Assembly (NCBI GenBank): GCA_951406725.2
Contig: OX597828.1
Span: 42,842,001 to 42,906,000 of the forward strand
Direction: 5' to 3'
DNA: 64,000 bases
Source of the DNA: Octopus vulgaris
Lineage: Eukaryota
In this document: in pieces, positions 28,231 to 43,034 of the stretch
Layout of the letters: every line of letters begins with the position of its first letter
Numbering within the stretch: position 1 is the stretch's first letter
Notes under the pieces: model-generated
What the model saw: the letters and a program-made list of their open reading frames with translations, nothing else
What the model was told of the DNA's origin: nothing
Databases searched by the model: none
Made by a program: the position numbers and the translations under genes

Positions 28231-29144
28231 CATACATACACATAACATATAATTCCAGTTAGGAGAATTTGGTATATAGATTGTAAATTACTTTGATGGA
28301 ATTTTGAGCTTATGCATTATAGCCACAAACAGATGAAAGTGATAAAGAATTAATAGGAATACAAGTAAATGGTAAACTATAATTTTCAGAATTTTTCTGA
28401 CTCGGCCGCCATTGTTATCTGTTATTTAGGCTCCGGTTCTGTTGTTGTTTAACCCCAAGTGTGTTGTGATCAAACGCACCTACGATCAAATGTATTCTAC
28501 CTATGAATATCCATTTCCTTCTTCAGACATATTAATCATAGTATCCTATGTGATATTCTTCCATATTTGTAAGACTGTTAGGTGTTTTCTGAATGAGATT
28601 TGGCTGTTGTTTTCAGCATTTCGTACGGCCGTATAGATGCTACTTCATTGGTTCAAATGAGGCTAGTAAAACCTATTTTAGATTACTAAGACCAGACTTT
28701 TGCTTTTAAAACCTGTTGTAAATTAGTAAGTTCAGCCATAAATTAATAAGTCCAGACGTATATTAGACGAGTCTTAAAATAATTCGTTTTTGTTGTGTAA
28801 CTCAAGATCAACCTCGCTTTAGAAAATCACCGAGCACATGCATTCCATTTATGACTATCCCGTCTTTTGGGTATATATTAACCAACGTGTCATTCGTTTG
28901 TCTTTTGCAAGCGTTGATGCAACTGTGGAGCATTTCTTCGGCACAACATACTTTGGTACCTTGCACAATTATCTTCCATAACATTCCAGGTTTCCATTCA
29001 AGTTTCGTAAAGGAAATGTGGTGAACTGGAGTGGACTGTGGTGGACTGTGGTGGACTGTGGTGGACTGGTGGACTGGAGTGGGGGGGGGGGAGCAAAAAA
29101 AAAAAAAAAAAAACCATCGGAGAAATTGTACTTAGGCCAAAATT

Positions 29145-29950
29145 TAATCGGTCGTCCATTTTAATACCATCACCTGGACTTTGGGTTCCTAGAGCAGAAA
29201 TCCGTTTGCTGTAAGGATTCAAAGTATGTCGCTGTTCTGACCTTCTCAGCGCTCTTGGATGCCATCTGAAAAGTCATTGGCGATACCATTCTACTTCTTT
29301 ATAAACTACAAAAATAAAGCCTATGACTGGGATTTGAATTTATGGGATCGATTGGCAACAAAGAGACTTTCTCATTATCCTGATTTGTGTTTTACCTGAC
29401 AGTGTTCGGCAACTTGTTGTCAGCGTCGTATAAGTAAAGGATGTTCCGTGTGGATTTCTAATGCCATTATAGGTTTAATACAAGATTTTAATAACATTGC
29501 CAGACAATGGGTCAATTATAGATCTCCAATACGCCAGACCGTTCACCGCGTATTGAGTAAGCACTGGCTTTTCGAATAAAACAAATTTGTTGTGTTGTTG
29601 CGTTACTGAGCTGAGCATTGATACAGTTATGATTGTTAATGTCTTTCCTGGTTTGAGAAACACATTCACAGCTATTCAAACGGCTTTGTGCGGTTTGAAT
29701 AGCTGAACCCAAAGTCCGGGTGATGGCATTAAAATGGACGACGAAGAGAATTATCCTCAGAACAGAGACCTTGCAGCAAAAGTATATCTGCTCTAGGAAC
29801 CCAAAGTCCATGTGACGGTACTAAAGAGGACGAGGGATTAATCTGGAAATCAGGTATCAACAAATACTTTCCACAATTTTCAGACGTTGGTTTAGCTGGC
29901 CGAAACTTAGAAGTCACTATCAACAACATTCTTGTATAAGAATAATCTAT
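29145..29950. mobile_element. Decayed PLE relic with inverted 3'-end copies
   Basis: 29150-29218 is the reverse complement of 29769-29835 and in part 29706-29741; encodes ISALGTQSP, resembling a GIY-YIG C-terminus; HHR remnant at 29872-29920. Confidence 0.55.
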
Positions 29951-30569
29951 TTGTACTTTACAAAAGCATAGATAAGACCATTAGATTAATATAAAATCGT
30001 TTAAATTTTAATATAATTGAATTTAAAAACGAACATTGTATGTATATACATATACATACATACATACATGCATATATATATATATATATGTGGGAGTAAT
30101 AATAGAGAGAGTGAAAGAGTGGGTATGTGAGAGAGAGAGGGAGTGACCACTGAACTAACATACTGAACGAACAGACACATTTAGTCTTTTTGTGATGGTA
30201 ATGGGGTGATAGTAATAGTATGAGCTGTAGTTGTGATAGAGGCGGAGGCGGTGGTGATGATGATGGCGGTGGTGGTGGTGGTAGCCGAGGAGATGAGGGA
30301 TGAAGTAAGAGTATGCGATGTGAAAGACAGTGGTGACGGTGATAGAGGGGAAGGCGGCGAAGTCAAAGGTATTGATGGTGGTGGCGTCAAAAGTCTGCAT
30401 GGTTTGTATATGGAAGATGTACTGGCAATGATGGTGGTACTCTTGTTTATCATACAGCTTTGCAATATGTTCCAAGTCGACAAATGATATCATTGTTTCG
30501 ATGAAAATTGTTCATCGCTTGAAAAATATTGCTGAAGTTTAATAAAATTTAATATGTACTCCATGGGCA

Positions 30570-30990
30570 GCAGGAGTGTCTGTGTGGTAAGTAGCTTGCT
30601 TACCAGCCACATGGTTCCGAGTTCAGTCCCACTGCGTGGCATCTTGGGCAAGTGTCTTCTGCTATAGCCCCGGGCCGACCAATGCCTTCTGAGTGGATAT
30701 GGTAGACGGAAACTGAAAGAAGCCTGTCGTATGTATGTATATGTATATATATGTATGTGTGTGTATATGTTTTTGTGTGTGTGTTTGTCCCCTTACCATT
30801 ACTTGACAACCGATGCTGGTGTGTTTACGTCCCCGTCACTTAGCGGTTCGGCAAAAGAGACCGATAGAATAAGTACTGGGCTTACAAAGAATAAGTCCCG
30901 GGGTCGATTTGCTCGACTAAATGCGGTGCTCCAGCATGGCCGCAGTCAAATGACTGAAACAAATAAAAGAGTAACAGAGAGTAAAGAGTA
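30570..30990 (+). mobile_element. SINE family A, full length
   Basis: Colinear with 58293-58686. Confidence 0.85.
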
Positions 30991-31492
30991 ATGCGTAAAG
31001 TGTCATTGTTGGGACCAAGGCCTAATGAAGAACCCTCCTCAGGGGCCAGCTTAAATGCCGCCCGATAGGGCTGCGTTTAAGTTAGTATATGTATCTGTAA
31101 GAGAACAAACATGCAAGAATCACTCCTCCCCCAGTAAACCTCTAATACCACATAATGTTTTGCATCCTTAACATGTTTTTTTTTTTTCTGTCTGTACAGA
31201 AAGAACGATCTAAGGACCTTCCAGCAGCTTTCCGATGGATTCCAAATTTAGCGGATCCCTGGTTTCCTTGCCACCGGAAAATCCAGAGCGAATGACATTG
31301 CAGTTTGGGTAAAGCATCGCGCTGTTCTGAAGATACGTGGACAACGAGTTTGTCTACGAAAAAAAAAAAACACTATAAAAAGACATGAGAGATGCCCCCA
31401 AGATAAACGCGCAATATGAAATCTAAATTTCATCTAAACTGATGTAGTTGTTCCATAATTGTTAACACATAAATATATATGCATTCTTACCT

Positions 31493-31536
<44 letters not shown>

Positions 31537-31920
31537 CACAGACACACTCACAGAAGCGCTCATGTAGAAACACACAAATACATACATTTGTGTATACGTT
31601 ACTAAATCATAGATTGATATCCATACATACATATTTGTGTGCATACTAGCGAACATACAAAGCATACATACACGCACGCAAATGCACCCTCCCCAAACAC
31701 ACACATACATACACACACATACACAAAGATACGTGCACACAAATATACATGCATACAAACTTCATATATAGGTACATATAATCATACATGCACGCACACG
31801 CAAATAAATGCATATAACTATTCATACACGCGCATACACATTCACACACATACTCATTTACACGCACACGTATATATTTGTGTGTATACGTACATTCATA
31901 TGCATGCATATATGCATATA

Positions 31921-31972
<52 letters not shown>

Positions 31973-31982
31973 CATGCAGATA

Positions 31983-32015
<33 letters not shown>

Positions 32016-32018
<3 letters not shown>

Positions 32019-33131
32019 AGTTAGTTAGTTAGTTAATTTGGCTCAAAAGCAAATAGCAAGGCCATGTAGGGGGACATGGAGTTAAGTACAGGGTGGTGTT
32101 CATGTAAAGAGTTCAGGCCACTTGAGGTCCAGGGAGGCTTTGAACAAAGCGGTCGTCGGCATCTTCACCATCTCGTCTGGCAGCTTGTTCCACGGATCCG
32201 CAACCCTGACGGAGAAAGCTCCTCTCCTTCGATTGAGATGAAATCGTCGCAGGTAGAGCTTTTCGGAATGACCCCGCAGCCGACGCTCCGGAGCAGGAGT
32301 GAAGAACAGCTCTTTCGAGAGGTTACACTTCCCGCTTATGATGTCGTGGGCGAGAATGAGATCACCACGGCGGCGGCGTTTTTCAAGAGAATAAAGGTCG
32401 AGCGTCCTCAGCCTTTCTTCGTAGGACAAATTTTTGAGACCATGAACCAGGCGGGTAGCCAGCCTCTGGACTCTTTCGAGGTGCTGTATGTCTTTGAGGA
32501 GATAAGGAGAAGAGGCTTGAATCCCATACTCCAATATGGGTCTCACCAGCGTGACATAGAGTGGCAGGAATATGGCTGCTGTGAGCACTCCGAATGACCG
32601 TCGAATCAAAAACAGAATTCCGCGCCCTTTGTTGGCAGCATGGACGCACTGGGCCGAAGGCGAAAAGGAGGAATCCACCAAGATACCCAGGTCCTTTACC
32701 TGATCGGTCCTCTCCAGCAGCAGACGACCCGGCTCGAAATCAAGTTGAGTTGTAGGAGTAGAGCCGACAGGCAGATGACAGCACTTTGACACGTTCAGAC
32801 ACAGGTCCCAATCGTTAGACCACTTCCAAATTTGGTGGAGGCATCGATGAAGATCCTCTATACTACCGCGAGGAGCGACCAGTTTGATATCGTCGGCAAA
32901 TAGAAGGGTGTGTTGCGTGAGGTCGTCGGGCAAGTCATTTATGAAGACTAAGAACAACAAGGGCCCAAGCACTGAACCTTGAGGCACGCCACTGCTCGCA
33001 CTGGAGACGTCGGACCGCGAACCATTAACTTGAACTTGGAAGGAGCGATCTGAGAGGAAGGCACCAACCCATCGTACAATATCCGGATGGAAACTATATG
33101 CTTGAAGCTTGACAAGTAGTAGGCGGTGGTT
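32016..33131 (-). mobile_element. 5'-truncated CR1/L2-group LINE with intact RT C-terminal frame and (TAAC)n tail
   Basis: SGVPQGSVLGPLLFLVFINDL, LFADD, KDLGI, VRPILEY, LERVQR, SLEKRRRRGDLI; stop at 32100; short 3' UTR; GTTA repeats 32016-32035; (TA)n flanks. Confidence 0.93.
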
Positions 33132-33165
33132 TATATGTATATATAATAGAAATATGTTACAAAAA

Positions 33166-33205
<40 letters not shown>

Positions 33206-33872
33206 TATATAGATGGATGGATGCGTAGTATATGGATTGACGTATACACATGTTTATAAATATATGCATCAATCCGGCCATATACACATGCAGACAGTCA
33301 ACCCTGCCTTTCATGCATTCGCATTCATTTATGAATGCATCCATGCAAATATTCAAATATTCATACACACATACACGCATAGTTAGAAGCATACATACGT
33401 ATAAACATATGCAGATGTGTAGATATTAAAGCTATGACTTTTTATTACATCGTTAATTTGTCAATAGTAAATGTGGGTGAGGTGTGACCGCCAAAAAAAA
33501 AAATAATAAAAAAGTGGTGGGGAATCGTACCCATCCCTTGTATAACAGCAGGCTGCAATCCTATATTAATTATTCTCTAACCAACAGATTCGTTTCTGAT
33601 ACGACGTTGATTCACCAATATCCGGATCCATTATGTGAGAGATCGGCAATAGATAAGAGAATAAATATATGAAATATATAATAAAAAATGCGATATTCCA
33701 CGTGGGATCGATCCAGCCCTACGATAATGATCTGTCGGAGGACAGGAGAGTTACAGAGTTACCGAGTTTTGAATTATCGCCATAACGCTGTACATATAAG
33801 CAATAATGCAATGTAAGCGCGAAATACATGTGCATACATGCGTACGCAATCTTCCTATATGCTCAAACATAT

Positions 33873-33918
<46 letters not shown>

Positions 33919-33950
33919 ATACATATATATGTATATACATGTATATATAC

Positions 33951-34013
<63 letters not shown>

Positions 34014-34200
34014 CATATATATATATATATATGTATGTATATATATATGTATATATATATATATATGTATATGTATATGTATATATATGTATATGTATAC
34101 ATATATATATATGTATATATATACATGTATATATATATATTATATACATATATATATACATATATATATAGATATAGTTATATGTATGTATATATATATA

Positions 34201-34328
<128 letters not shown>

Positions 34329-34696
34329 CATAAGTACTTATGCTTATATATGGTTATTGTATATAATGTAATTATAAAATGAAATCAGGAATTGGGACGC
34401 GAAACATATGACCGAACGGCTGGAAATGTTTCTATGAACATTCTCTTGATTAATCAGAGATAACAACGTACACACCAAGCTCTGTATATGTATATATATA
34501 TATGTGTGTATGTATGGAAGTGTACGTGAAGAAACAGAAAGAGTGAGGTGTTTGGCAGAGAGAGAGACAGAGAGAGAGAGAGACTGTAAAAATACATGCA
34601 CTCACACACATATGCCAGCCAATACGCATGCACACAAGATTTTTAATAAATAATGGATAGAACTGCAGCAGCCACATGAGTAATAAAGGCAAGAAA

Positions 34697-35520
34697 TCTT
34701 TTCTGCTCAAGGCAAAAGGCCCGAAATTTTGGTGGGGAGAGGGCCAGTCGATTAGATCGATCCCAGTGCGTAACTGGTACTCAATTTATCGACCTCGAGA
34801 AGGATGAAAAGCAAAGCTGAGCTCGGTGGAATTTGAACTCTGAAGTAAAAAGACAGACGAAATACCTATTTCTTTACTACCCACAAGGGGCTAAACACAG
34901 AAGGGACAAACAAGGACAGACAAACGGATAGGTATTTCGTCTGTTTTTACATTCTGAGTTCAAATCCCGCCGAGGTCGACTTTGCCTTTCATCCTTTCGG
35001 GGTCGATAAATTAAGTACCAGTTGCGTACTGGTGTCTATCTAATCGACTGGTCCCCCTCACCCAAAATTTCGGGCCTTGTGCTTAGAATAGAAAAGAATA
35101 TTACACGGTTCTAAGTTGGTGAGTTAGCAGAATCGGTGGCACGCCGGGCAAAATGCTTAGCGGCATTCTGTCGGTATTCACGTTCTGAGTTCAAATTCCG
35201 CCGAGGTCGACCATTACCTTTCATCATTCCTGGGGTGATAAAATAACTACAAACTTGCTGGCCTTCTGTAAACCTTTGAAACCTATATTACACGGCTCAA
35301 AGTCGGTGAGCTGTCAGAATCGTTGTCATGCCAGACAAAATGTTTAACGGCGTTTCGTCCGTCTTAACGCTCTGAGTTCAAATTCTTTCAAGTTCGGCAT
35401 TTCCTGTCATCCTTTTCAGGTCAATAAAATAAGTACCGATTGATCACTTGAGTTGATGTTATCGACTTTTCTCATCCTTTGAAATGACTGGCCTTGTGTC
35501 AAAATTTGAAGCCAATATTA
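34697..35520. mobile_element. SINE family B cluster: inverted pair followed by two older tandem copies
   Basis: Minus copy ~34697-34929 abuts plus copy ~34929-35100; further plus copies at ~35115 and ~35300. Confidence 0.8.
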
Positions 35521-36110
35521 CACGCTTCTTAATTAATTCGAAACCTAACTTTGCGGCCAAATGAATCTTAACGTTGTTGAGTTTTTATATTTTCTGTTTT
35601 GAACATAACCATAAAATGAACGTACTGGTGTGATATCCAGATATCTTATTCCATACTCACGGCTCTAAGTTAACCATGATTCCCGACACAGTTGTCTTCC
35701 ATTAGTGTCTTTCTGTGGTTTTTGAAAAAACCTCGCGGTTCACGAATCAATGCATTGGTTTACGAGATAATGGCTTAATTGGCGAGTGACTTTTATTATT
35801 GCGAACAGTGTTCTGTGACAGTGCTCTTTACTATGATCTCGGACTTTGGTAATTGTTGTTAATTCGATCAAGCAAGTTGGAGGAACTCGGAAAATATACA
35901 AACGGACGTAGTTCAGGAAAAGTCTTAACTGATGCGAAAGACTGACATGTGTGTGCGAGTGTGTGTGTATGTATGTATGTATGTATGTATGTATGTATGT
36001 ATGTATGTATGTATGTATGCATGTATGTATGTATGTTTGTGTGCATGTATGTATGTGCATATATGTAAACATACATTAATACATTATATATATATATATA
36101 TACATAATAC

Positions 36111-36165
<55 letters not shown>

Positions 36166-36332
36166 CTCTTAGCTTAGTTTTTCCTTGGGGATGGCCAGAT
36201 TGGAGCAATCTCAAGATTAATCAGCCGAAATTGCGAGGATGATCCGGTTCTTGACTGAAGATTAAAGGCTTCGAGTGACCCGTCAGTGTTTTCTTGTCCC
36301 ATTTTGTATTATATATATATATATATATATAT

Positions 36333-37841
36333 AAAATGCCCTATTCATAAAGGAGATAGCAGAGCGGAGGCCAATAACTACAGATCTATCTCTCTGACCT
36401 CACACATCAGTAAGGTCATGGAACGAATAGTCAGAAGGAAACTAATCACCTTCCTTGAAGAAAATGACTTGCTGCCTGACACCCAACATGGTTTCCGACC
36501 AGGAAGAAGCTGCTTAACTCAGCTCCTACAACACTATGACTGGGTGCTGAAACGACTGCTCAACCACTCAAATGTGGAAGTCATATATCTCGAATTTGCA
36601 AAGGCCTTTGATAAAGTCGATCATGGAATGATATGTCACAAACTACGTGATCTTGGCATAGTTGGAAAATTGGGAGAATGGCTTCATGACTTTCTGAAGG
36701 ATAGAAGTCAGGCGGTAGTAGCCAATGGGGCCACTTCCATTAACACGCAAATAGTAAGCGGTGTTCCGCAAGGCACTGTTTTGGGACCACTACTGTTCAT
36801 AATGGCCCTCACAGACATGCACTCAGCCACGTAGAGAGCCACGATCACAAGTTATGCAGATGATACAAAAGTTTCACAGGCAATATAGAAAGCCTGAAGA
36901 CACTAAGCACCTGCAATGTGAGCTGGACAAAATATACAAGTGGGCTGAAAAGAATAGCATGCAGTTCAATGCTGAAAAGTTTCAAGCTTTATGCTATCAG
37001 CATGCAAAACTAAATGCAATATCCAATAAATACACTGGACCTGGAGGGATATTGCAATCCCAGAGGCATAATCAGTGCGTGACCTGGGTATTTACATGAG
37101 TGATGATGCAACCTTTCATGTTAAATTGGCAATGAAATGTAGGCGGCTGACCGGATGGATTCTTAGAACCTTTAGAAGAAGAGACCAGAAAACCATGATT
37201 GTCCTCTGGAGGACACTTGTACTAAGCCACTTTGACTATTGCTCTCAGCTATGGTCACCATCCAGTGTCAAGTTAATCACAGAACTTGAGGCGATCCAAC
37301 GAAGCTACACGAAGAAGATAGCCTCTATGCAGCATATAAGCTACTGGGAAAGACTCAAGAGATTAAGACTCCATTCCTTAGAGCGTAGGCGAGAAAGATA
37401 TGCCATAATATACATCTGGAAGATCCTAGAAGGACTTGTCCCAAACTTTGTCATCGAGAGTTACACAAATGCTAGAACTGGGCGCCACTGCATAATGCCA
37501 AGGACTCCAAATTTGCCATCAAGATGTAGGACAAGATACTGTGATAGCCTGGGTTTCAGAGGCCCACAGCTCTTCAATATCCTCCCGAAGAACCTGAGAG
37601 ACCTACATGGGGTGGATGCAGATGTCATTAAAATAAAACTGGATCTGTTCCTGTCAGGTTTCCCAGATGAACCAACTTCACGGCAGGAGGTGCAGATGAG
37701 AGCAGCTGCATCGAACTCTCTCATGCACCAAATGGGCAATTGCTAAAAAGCATTCGTGAAGTAAAATCATGTAGCAACACCAAATGGCGGTGCCCCAGCA
37801 TGGCCACAGCTCGTGAGCTGAAACTAGATAAAATAAAATAA

Positions 37842-37845
<4 letters not shown>
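36333..37845 (+). mobile_element. 5'-truncated, disrupted CR1/L2-group LINE (RT) with (AAAAT)n tail
   Basis: PIHKGD..NYRSISLTS, QHGFRPGRSC, AKAFDKVDHG, SGVPQGTVLGPLLF, YADD, SLERRRERY; in-frame TAG 36832 and frameshifts; (TA)n flanks. Confidence 0.92.
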
Positions 37846-37885
<40 letters not shown>

Positions 37886-38011
37886 CTGAAATTGCGAAGA
37901 TGATCCGGTTCTTGACTGATGATTGAGGGCTTCGAATGTCCCGTCCTGTGTTTCTTGTGTCGTCTTCTAGGTGTTTCACTTTCTTGTCCCAGTTTGTATA
38001 TTTTTTACTTT

Positions 38012-38074
<63 letters not shown>

Positions 38075-38087
38075 CATACATATATAC

Positions 38088-38118
<31 letters not shown>

Positions 38119-38277
38119 TGTATGTATGTATGTATGTATGTATGTATGTATGTATGTATGTGAATAGTTACGAATGTGGCTGTGTGGTTAAGAAACTCTC
38201 ATTGGAATCACGTGTTTTCAGACTCGGTCCCACTGCGCCGTGCCGTGGACAAGTGTCTTCTGTACCTTCGGGCTATA

Positions 38278-38321
<44 letters not shown>

Positions 38322-38982
38322 TAGAGATAGATAGAGAGAGAGAGAGAGAGAGGAAGACGAAGAGATTGTGTGTGTGCATGTATGTATGTGTGTGCACTTA
38401 TTTTTGTGTGTGTGTGTGTGTAAAAGTAATAGTAAATAATATAATGGCTAATTATGTGGTTAGCTAAATTTACTTAACACCTTTTTGAAATACAAACAAA
38501 AAAACCTTCTTCCAGTTTACTAGAGAATGGATGGAAAGGAGTAACAAAAAGCCAGTTGAAATCCATTTTCATCTTGATGAAGGCAAACGGATGTTAAAGC
38601 GTTACTTGTTTTTATTCGTTGTTTCTGTGCCGTTTTTAGGCTCGTGGCTTAGCAGTTAAGGTGACCTGCTTTACGATCTCATGGTCGTGAGTTCAATTCC
38701 CAGTGACGAGTTATGTCCTGGGGCAAGACACTTTATTTCACGTCGTACCAGTCAACTCAGCTGGCAAAAATGAGTAGTTTGTTCTTATTAGTTATTCGTG
38801 TGTTGTTTTTGTTTATATATGTAAGCAGGTACATTGATGTATATGAACGGTTTCAGACTCGGTCTGAATACTACCACAACATGGCAAAAGAGACGGATAG
38901 GATAAATACCAATTGTGTGTGTGTGTATATATATAATTATATATATATATATATATATACCATATATGTGTTTATGTATATA

Positions 38983-39515
38983 CAGGGTGTCCCAAAAAAA
39001 TGTATACACAACTTAAATAATTGTAAATTTGGGGTTTATTATAATTCGAATAATTTTCAACATGTAAAAGAATTTACAAATATCATTCTATTGTCTTGTT
39101 ATCGCATGTTCTCAAACTGATGTCCGTTCTGCTCCAGACACTGCTGACAACGCGAAGCGATGGAATGGCACACATCATGGAACAATTCCCTTGGGATATT
39201 CGTACATTCATGTTCAATGGTTGCCCTCAATTGAACGACTGTTGCAGGTTTCTGTGCGTAGACTTTGTCCTTTAGGTATCCCCATAAAAAGAAGTTTAGT
39301 GGTGTGAGGTCTGGTGAACGTGGGGGGTATTCGACAAAACATCTCCGTCCAATCCACCTATTTGGCAAGATCCCATCAAGAAAGGATCTAACATCGCGAT
39401 GGTTGTGTGGAGGTGCCCCATCTTGCTGGAAATAAAACTCTTCCTGTTCAAAGTCTTCTCTAATGCTTGGCATGACAGACTGTTGCAGCAAGTGTATACA
39501 TTTTTTTGGGACACC

Positions 39516-39518
<3 letters not shown>
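38983..39518 (-). mobile_element. Internally deleted Tc1/mariner element with 27-bp perfect TIRs and TA flanks
   Basis: CAGGGTGTCCCAAAAAAATGTATACAC at 38983-39009 and its reverse complement at 39492-39518; FQQDGAPPH..WIGR..PPRSPDLTPLNFFLWGYLK. Confidence 0.93.
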
Positions 39519-39594
<76 letters not shown>

Positions 39595-40466
39595 ATTATA
39601 TAAATATACATATATATATGTGTGTGTGCGTGTGTGCGTGTGTGTGTGTGTGTACTGATGGCTATTTGTTTGACAAAACATCATTGAAGTCGATGTCTCA
39701 AACATGGCCGCCGTTCAATGACTGAAACAAGTAAAAAAAATAAAATAAAATAAAACGAGACACAACATAAAATGAATAAATAAAATGAATAAATAAAGCG
39801 TCCCCTTTTGTAACTCTTTCTCGTCTCATCCAACAATAAATTAACGCCGTCACAACCAGCCATCAAAATCTGTCTACGCGAAAGAAAAGAGTTCCACTTT
39901 GATAAACGCTTATAATGGCGTTGTTGAACAACACGGCTTTGTTGTCCCCACATCGACATAGTTCTTCACAATGACGTGACTATCACAACCGCCTCCCACC
40001 CCACACACGCACGCACACACATAAAAAAAGAACACACTCGCATGTGTACATGTAAAAGCATATATACCGTGTCACTCACATACATACATACATACGAAGA
40101 GTCAGAACATTCATTCATTCATTCATTCATTCATTCTTTCATTCGCTTGTATGTATATTCATTCATTCAGTCATTCCGTCATTCATCGTGTCTGCTTGTT
40201 ACGTTGTCGTGTATTCTTTAACCTTCAGAGCAAGGTTTATCAACGTATTCATGCAACAGGATTGGATTTCAAAATCTTGTTTGTCCTCGTACTTTTGTTG
40301 GTGCGTTTGTGGGTAACTGTACGTAGTCAGACTTCATTATTGTGCCTATACACATATAGAGTATGCATGCATGCATGTATGTATGTATATGTATGTTTGT
40401 ATTTATGTATGTATGTATGTATTTATGTATGTATGTATGTATACATATATACATGTATATACGCAC

Positions 40467-40515
<49 letters not shown>

Positions 40516-40705
40516 TATATATTCATATAAATATAGACATAAATACATATATATATATGTGTGTATATATATATATCTAAATATATATGTATCCATATAT
40601 ATGTATATGTATACATATATAGATACACACACACCTATACATACATTTGTTTATATACACACAAATATACATATATATATATGTATATATATATGTATAT
40701 ATATA

Positions 40706-40740
<35 letters not shown>

Positions 40741-40786
40741 ACATATATACATATATATATATACTTTTATAAAAATACATTAATGC

Positions 40787-40823
<37 letters not shown>

Positions 40824-40923
40824 CGTCCACATCATTATATATATATGTGCGTGTTTGTGTGTGTTACTTTACCTTGTCATTTTAAATTAAAAACCTGCGT
40901 TCACCTACTTATTCAAAGAAAAT

Positions 40924-41757
40924 ATATACATACATACGTACATACATACATACATACATACGTACATACATACATACATACATACATACATACATACATA
41001 CATACATACATACATACATACATACATAAATACATGCATACGTACGTACATACATATATACGTACGTACATACATACATACATACATACATACATACATA
41101 CATACATACATACGTACGTACATACATACATACATACATACATACATACATACATACATACATACATACATACATACATACATACGTACGTACATACGTA
41201 CGTACGTACATACATACGTACGTACATACGTACATACATACATACATACACACATACATATATACATACATACATACATACATACATACATACATACGTA
41301 CGTACATACGTACATACATACATACATACATACATACATACATACGTACATACATACATACATACATACATACATACATACATACATACGTACGTACATA
41401 CATACATACATACATACATACATACATACATACATACACACATACATACACACATACATACATACATACATACATACGTACGTACATACGTACGTACGTA
41501 CATACATACACACATACATATATACATACATACATACATACATACATACATACGTACGTACATACGTACATACATACATACATACATACATACATACATA
41601 CACACATACATACACACATACATACATACATACATACATACATACGTACGTACATACGTACGTACGTACATACATACATACATACACACATACATACACA
41701 CATACATACATACATACATACATACATACATACATACATACGTACGTACATACATAC

Positions 41758-41788
<31 letters not shown>

Positions 41789-41838
41789 AGTACGTACGTA
41801 CGTACATACATATATACATACATACGTACGTACGTACA
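40924..41838. repeat. Long (CATA)n microsatellite with CGTA/CACA variants
   Basis: Direct reading. Confidence 0.95.
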
Positions 41839-42347
41839 TGATGAAATAATCAAAAGAAAAAGGTGCAGAGGACAGCAACACCAACAAGAACAACAGCAAA
41901 GAATACAATAGAAAATGTTACAAAAAAGCAGAACAAAATAAATAACGAAAATTCAATTGAAATCAAGTGACACTTGTTGGTGTTGTTGTTTGGGTTGTTG
42001 TTGTTGTTGTTGTTGGTACTGTAGTTATTGTTGTGCGTCGTATTTCTGTGGTCATTTATTCTGAAAATAAGTGTTTAACTTTCTGAGTCTGAGTGTGTAT
42101 GTGTCAGTGTGTATGCGTGAATGTGTGTGTATGTATGTATGTATGTATGTATGTATGTGTGTGTGTATGTATGTATGTATGTATGTATGTATGTATGCAT
42201 GCATGTATGTATGTATGTATGTATGTATGTATGTATGTATGTATGTATGTATGTATGTATGTATGTATGTATGTATGTATGTATGTATGTATGTGTATGA
42301 GTGTAAGAAAACAAATATTTACGTGTACCTTGTGTGCTTTTCTGTGC

Positions 42348-42398
<51 letters not shown>

Positions 42399-43034
42399 AG
42401 TATGTATGTGTGCATATATTCACACAGACATATGCATATCGCTATGGGTGAGTGTGTAGTGTGTGTAGTGTGTGTAAGTGTGTGTGTGTGTGTGAGTGTG
42501 TCTAGATATATAAGATATATGTGAATAGATATGGGTATGTATGAACGTATGAAACTATTGAAGAAAAATACACACACACATACATATGTATACACAGGCA
42601 TACAAACACACACATACACACATATACATATATGCATGAATGTATGGTTGTATGTATGCATGTATGTGTATACGCACGCATATATATTCTCATACATACA
42701 TACATAATGCTCATATACATATGCACGTATTCGTTTATATATTCGTGCACATATATACATACACGTATTTATGTGTGCATATGGTTGTGTGTGTATATAT
42801 GTATGTATGTGTGTGTCTGTGTGCGGTGTGTGTTTGTGTGTGTGTATGCGTATGAATGTATGTATATATATATGTGTGTGTATGTGATTGTGTGTGTGTG
42901 TATACGTGTGTGTGTACACACAAAAGCCAGTTTACCTAATTAGTAGTTTAACACAAAAGGCAGCCATTGAGAAATGGCGGAAGTTCGAAAACGTTCGTTA
43001 CAATGGCAGACAAAGAAGAACTGTTACACTAGAA

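Noticed and set aside
33132-33392. N-terminal extension of the 430-aa RT ORF
   Set aside because: Read-through into flanking microsatellite; the LINE homology stops near 33131.
40845-41908. 280-330-aa ORFs on both strands
   Set aside because: Arise from (CATA)n, which lacks stops in several frames.
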